Assembly: GCA_964474135.1 (NCBI GenBank)
Contig: CAYYRV010000025.1
Span: 1 to 35,491, forward strand
Reading direction: 5' to 3'
DNA length: 35,491 bases
Source of the DNA: an uncultured Defluviitaleaceae bacterium
GTDB taxonomy: Bacteria; Bacillota; Clostridia; Lachnospirales; CAYYRV01
Positions within the stretch are counted from its first letter, which is position 1. Each line of letters begins with the position of its first letter. Below the pieces are notes generated by a model. That model was not told the origin of the DNA and did no database searches. It saw nothing but the letters and a program-made list of their open reading frames with translations. This document shows positions 33,064 through 35,491 of this stretch, one piece after another. Position numbers and translations under genes: made by a program.

Positions 33064-34245
33064 ATGGAAACTACATCATGTTTATTTATTACAGGGCAAA
33101 ACGATTTTGAGTGTGTTGGTAATAAATGTATAGATAACTGCTGTCATACATGGAACATAACAGTAGACCCAATAACACTAAAAAAATATAAAGATTGTAA
33201 GAACCCCTACTCAAATTATATTTTATCAAATATTAAAAAAAATCCAAAAGGTAGTTTTATAAAACTTACTGAAAATGGATTGTGTACTTTTTTAGATGAG
33301 CAAGGATTATGTAATATTTATAAAAAACTTGGTAGAGACTATATGTGTAGAACTTGCCAAATATATCCCCGAGTTCATAGCGTATATGATGGTGTTACTC
33401 AAACAAAACTGACATTATCATGCCCATATGTTGCAAAATTATTTTTGTTTAACCCTACTGGAATACATTTTACACTTCAAGAAAATTGTAAAAAAGTGTT
33501 TAATGAAAAACCTCACAATAATGAATTACCTGCTGACATTGGTTTTGACATTAGAACAGCAGTTATTACAATTTTTCAAAATAGAGAATTATCGCTTACC
33601 GAAAGAATCATATACTGCTCAATATTTATTGATAGAATAGAAAAAATAATTGAAGCCGAAGGCAAAAATGAAGAAAGCCTTAGAATTAAAATTAATGAAT
33701 GTATTGATAATTTTTATGAATATTATACTAATGAAACAATAGCCGAAAGGCTGCTAGCGAATAGCAGTAAATATGATAGCGGAATAGCAAGCATCTATCA
33801 TTTATTAATTAAAGCTTTATGTGTACTTTTGAAACAACCGTTTAAAACCAACCAAAACGAAAGCTTCTATTTACAGCTTGATGACCTACTTCAAAATGTT
33901 AGTAACCTTAATCCTGATGAAATGAAAAAATGTGTAGATAAACTTTTAAAACCATATATGAATGAAAAACCATATATTTTTGAAAATTTAATTGTTGTAA
34001 TGTTTTATAATAGTGATTTTCCAATTGAGAGAACCAGTGTATTAAAAGCATACAAAGAAATATTATATAAATATAATTTTATTCTAGCATTTGCTACTGC
34101 TATATGCCGTAATAAAGAGGAAATTACTGATGATGATATGATAAATGCAGTATATTATTATGGCAGAAAAGTAGAGCATCAAATGAGCGAAAAAATTAGT
34201 GAATATTATGGTAAATTGAGTGAGATATTTAAAGACTTGATTTAA
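33064..34245 (+). CDS. FliB-like flagellin lysine-N-methylase (Cys-rich, YkgJ-type N-terminal cluster).
   Basis: DFECVGNKCIDNCCHTWNITVDPITLKKY...GLCTFLDEQGLCNIYKKLGRDYMCRTCQIYPR...LTLSCP. This matches the FliB pattern FxCxGxxCxDxCCxGWxxTLDKxTxKKY ... CPFL...LC...LG...C.TC..YPR ... LSLSCPE. Confidence 0.55.
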   Translation: METTSCLFITGQNDFECVGNKCIDNCCHTWNITVDPITLKKYKDCKNPYSNYILSNIKKNPKGSFIKLTENGLCTFLDEQGLCNIYKKLGRDYMCRTCQIYPRVHSVYDGVTQTKLTLSCPYVAKLFLFNPTGIHFTLQENCKKVFNEKPHNNELPADIGFDIRTAVITIFQNRELSLTERIIYCSIFIDRIEKIIEAEGKNEESLRIKINECIDNFYEYYTNETIAERLLANSSKYDSGIASIYHLLIKALCVLLKQPFKTNQNESFYLQLDDLLQNVSNLNPDEMKKCVDKLLKPYMNEKPYIFENLIVVMFYNSDFPIERTSVLKAYKEILYKYNFILAFATAICRNKEEITDDDMINAVYYYGRKVEHQMSEKISEYYGKLSEIFKDLI

Positions 34246-34365
34246 AATAAATTTATAAAAGTATAGATACTACAAAAATAAATTAATATACTCTAAATTA
34301 TAAATAAACGATAGATTTTTGCTAACAAAGCAGATTTCTACATAGAATTAAATAAGTTTTATTTT

Positions 34366-34406
34366 AGAATGGTTATACGCATTTTTATTCCGTATAACCA
34401 TTTTAT
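34366..34406. terminator. Bidirectional terminator between the convergent fliB-like and patatin genes.
   Basis: A 12-bp perfect stem AATGGTTATACG / CGTATAACCATT with loop CATTTTTATTC and T/A runs on both sides. Confidence 0.65.
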
Positions 34407-35410
34407 TTATCAATAATAACATTTTTTATATAATTCTTTAAATCTAAATCGTATTGTTTAATTAACTCGTTTCCTAATTCATGCAAGCGTTTTATACTTA
34501 ACGGTGCAGCATCATCTAATGCCGGAATATGTTTTTTAAACTCTTCTCTAATTTCTATTCTTAAATAATGCTTCTCTTTATTTAGTGTACTAAAAATTAC
34601 TTTAAGCTGATGGTCTACTGTCTGTACACTTGCATCCATTATAATATCTAATATTGGGGCGGCCCAGTTTATAACCCCCCATTTTGATATATCTGAATAT
34701 TTATAGGCAATACCATTTGATATATTTCCAATAGACAATACAGTTATCTCATCAATGCTCTTGCAATCACTCATTTTTATTGCCTCCACAAAAGCACATA
34801 CAGCTGGATTATTGCAACATATACCACCATCTATAAATGAACCTTTTTGTGAAGTAGAAGATACAATAAGCGAAGGCGGAAAATATGTAGGAGCAGCAGC
34901 AGAGGATAGAATGGCATCTCTAGCCAAATAATCTCTATCCTCCTTTTTAGAGGAAGAAACTGAATTAAAAAAAGTTGGTTCCCTTTTTTCAGTATCATAT
35001 GACGTTATGAGACACGCTTTAATAAGTTGGCTAACTTTTACTTCTCCAAAATATCTGTTTAAAACTTCTTTTAAATTTTTATTGTCATATTTAGGTCCTA
35101 TAACTCCATTTATTGTTTTAATGCTATGATAATAGTCTCTTTGAAAAATATAATCTCCGTTTTTATTATATAGCTCAACTGCATCACTAGCAGAAAATTT
35201 AGCCTTTTTATCTTTATTAGGGCATAAATAAATACCCGCCAAAATAGCACCCGTACTAGTACCAGCAATAAGATTAAAATAATCAGATATTTTAGCTTCT
35301 TTTTTATTTGTATATTCTTGTATTAGCTTTTCTATATATTCAATTACAATAGCCGAAATAATTCCTTTTATTCCTCCACCATCAATTGAAAGTATATGAA
35401 ATTTTGACAT
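34403..35410 (-). CDS. Patatin-like phospholipase (PNPLA family).
   Basis: The oxyanion-hole motif DGGGIKG at the N-terminus, the nucleophile elbow GTSTG, and the catalytic Asp in DGGICCNNP. GAGGTG RBS. The upstream neighbourhood is outside the window. Confidence 0.8.
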   Translation of the reverse strand: MSKFHILSIDGGGIKGIISAIVIEYIEKLIQEYTNKKEAKISDYFNLIAGTSTGAILAGIYLCPNKDKKAKFSASDAVELYNKNGDYIFQRDYYHSIKTINGVIGPKYDNKNLKEVLNRYFGEVKVSQLIKACLITSYDTEKREPTFFNSVSSSKKEDRDYLARDAILSSAAAPTYFPPSLIVSSTSQKGSFIDGGICCNNPAVCAFVEAIKMSDCKSIDEITVLSIGNISNGIAYKYSDISKWGVINWAAPILDIIMDASVQTVDHQLKVIFSTLNKEKHYLRIEIREEFKKHIPALDDAAPLSIKRLHELGNELIKQYDLDLKNYIKNVIIDK

Positions 35411-35491
35411 TACGGCATCACCTCACAATAATAATAAAAGTTTCCACGGAAACCGGAATCCGCCTAAAGAATGGACTTTCAGAGTTCTCTA

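Overview
This is a low-GC (about 28-30% GC by eye) chromosomal window with Firmicutes/Clostridia-like content. It reads as a housekeeping backbone interrupted by accessory material. Housekeeping calls: ychF, an SPFH/band-7 protein followed by a small RHH-like protein, a RelQ/RelP-type small alarmone synthetase, a Cache-GGDEF(degenerate)-EAL c-di-GMP protein, feoA-feoB plus a FeoB-associated Cys-rich peptide, rimO-pgsA-yhbY, rplM-rpsI, clpS-clpA, rpmB, deoD, a TIGR01212 radical SAM protein, mltG, and an rtcB RNA ligase divergent from a tandem pair of WYL-domain regulators.

Accessory or unusual content, in order of interest:
- A cluster of degenerate tRNA-like elements directly downstream of rtcB.
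- A truA C-terminal remnant upstream of rplM, apparently truncated by an insertion carrying a 547-aa orphan gene.
- A secreted thermonuclease-ComEA(HhH) fusion protein with Tyr/Gly/Asn-rich tandem repeats.
- A standalone FliG-like paralog and a FliB-like flagellin lysine-N-methylase.
- A patatin-like phospholipase at the window edge.
- Two families of MITE-like hairpin repeats with terminal inverted repeats, scattered through at least ten intergenic regions.

No CRISPR array, integrase, transposase or intact tRNA/rRNA gene was found. All calls rest on motif recognition and reading the sequence by eye; nothing was checked against a database.
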